Shown piece by piece: positions 63,876-64,000 of a DNA stretch of 64,000 nt; positions within the stretch are counted from its first letter, which is position 1, and every line of letters begins with the position of its first letter. Origin of the DNA: Pecten maximus (Eukaryota); NCBI RefSeq assembly GCF_902652985.1, contig NC_047017.1, positions 49,414,001-49,478,000 on the forward strand, written 5' to 3'. Below the pieces are notes generated by a model. The model had not been told where the DNA came from and did no database searches. It saw nothing but the letters and a program-made list of their open reading frames with translations. Made by a program: the position numbers and the translations under genes.

Positions 63876-64000
63876 GTTTGTTATGGAATGAAAATGAATA
63901 AATCATATTGTCATAGTTTGAATGAAAAAATTCGGTACATGGAAAACTTTGATTTGTAAACATTTGAATCATACATATTGTGAGAAAATTCAGGATCAAG

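Overview
AT-rich eukaryotic genomic DNA, most likely from a bivalve mollusc (inferred from the repeat families and from intron/exon style). It is not prokaryotic and has no CRISPR or rRNA. Five protein-coding genes can be reconstructed by hand from splice sites: (1) an intronless-CDS CREBZF/Zhangfei-like bZIP factor (-); (2) a 2-exon DHHC palmitoyltransferase, ZDHHC22/24-like (+); (3) an 11-exon UBXN1 (-); (4) a 14-exon peroxisomal GNPAT/DHAPAT ending in AKL, with one GC-AG intron (-); (5) head-to-head with GNPAT, a secreted TPR + alpha/beta-hydrolase (GHSMGG) gene (+) that runs off the right edge and carries an 8.7-kb 26-bp satellite in intron 1. Intergenic and intronic DNA holds a degenerate mariner with two nested insertions, several Helentron-associated (HINE/pearl-like) elements including a triple nest, a TRIM-like element with tRNA-like terminal repeats, SINEs and minisatellites. 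The most unusual observations are: an apparently spliced, hairpin-rich 3' UTR of CREBZF whose three putative donors all read AAATG|GT; two independent tandem arrays made of duplicated exon-end plus 5' splice site (decoy donors); and very small insertions with 9-bp target-site duplications. All gene models and structures were read by eye and need RNA-seq or computational confirmation.
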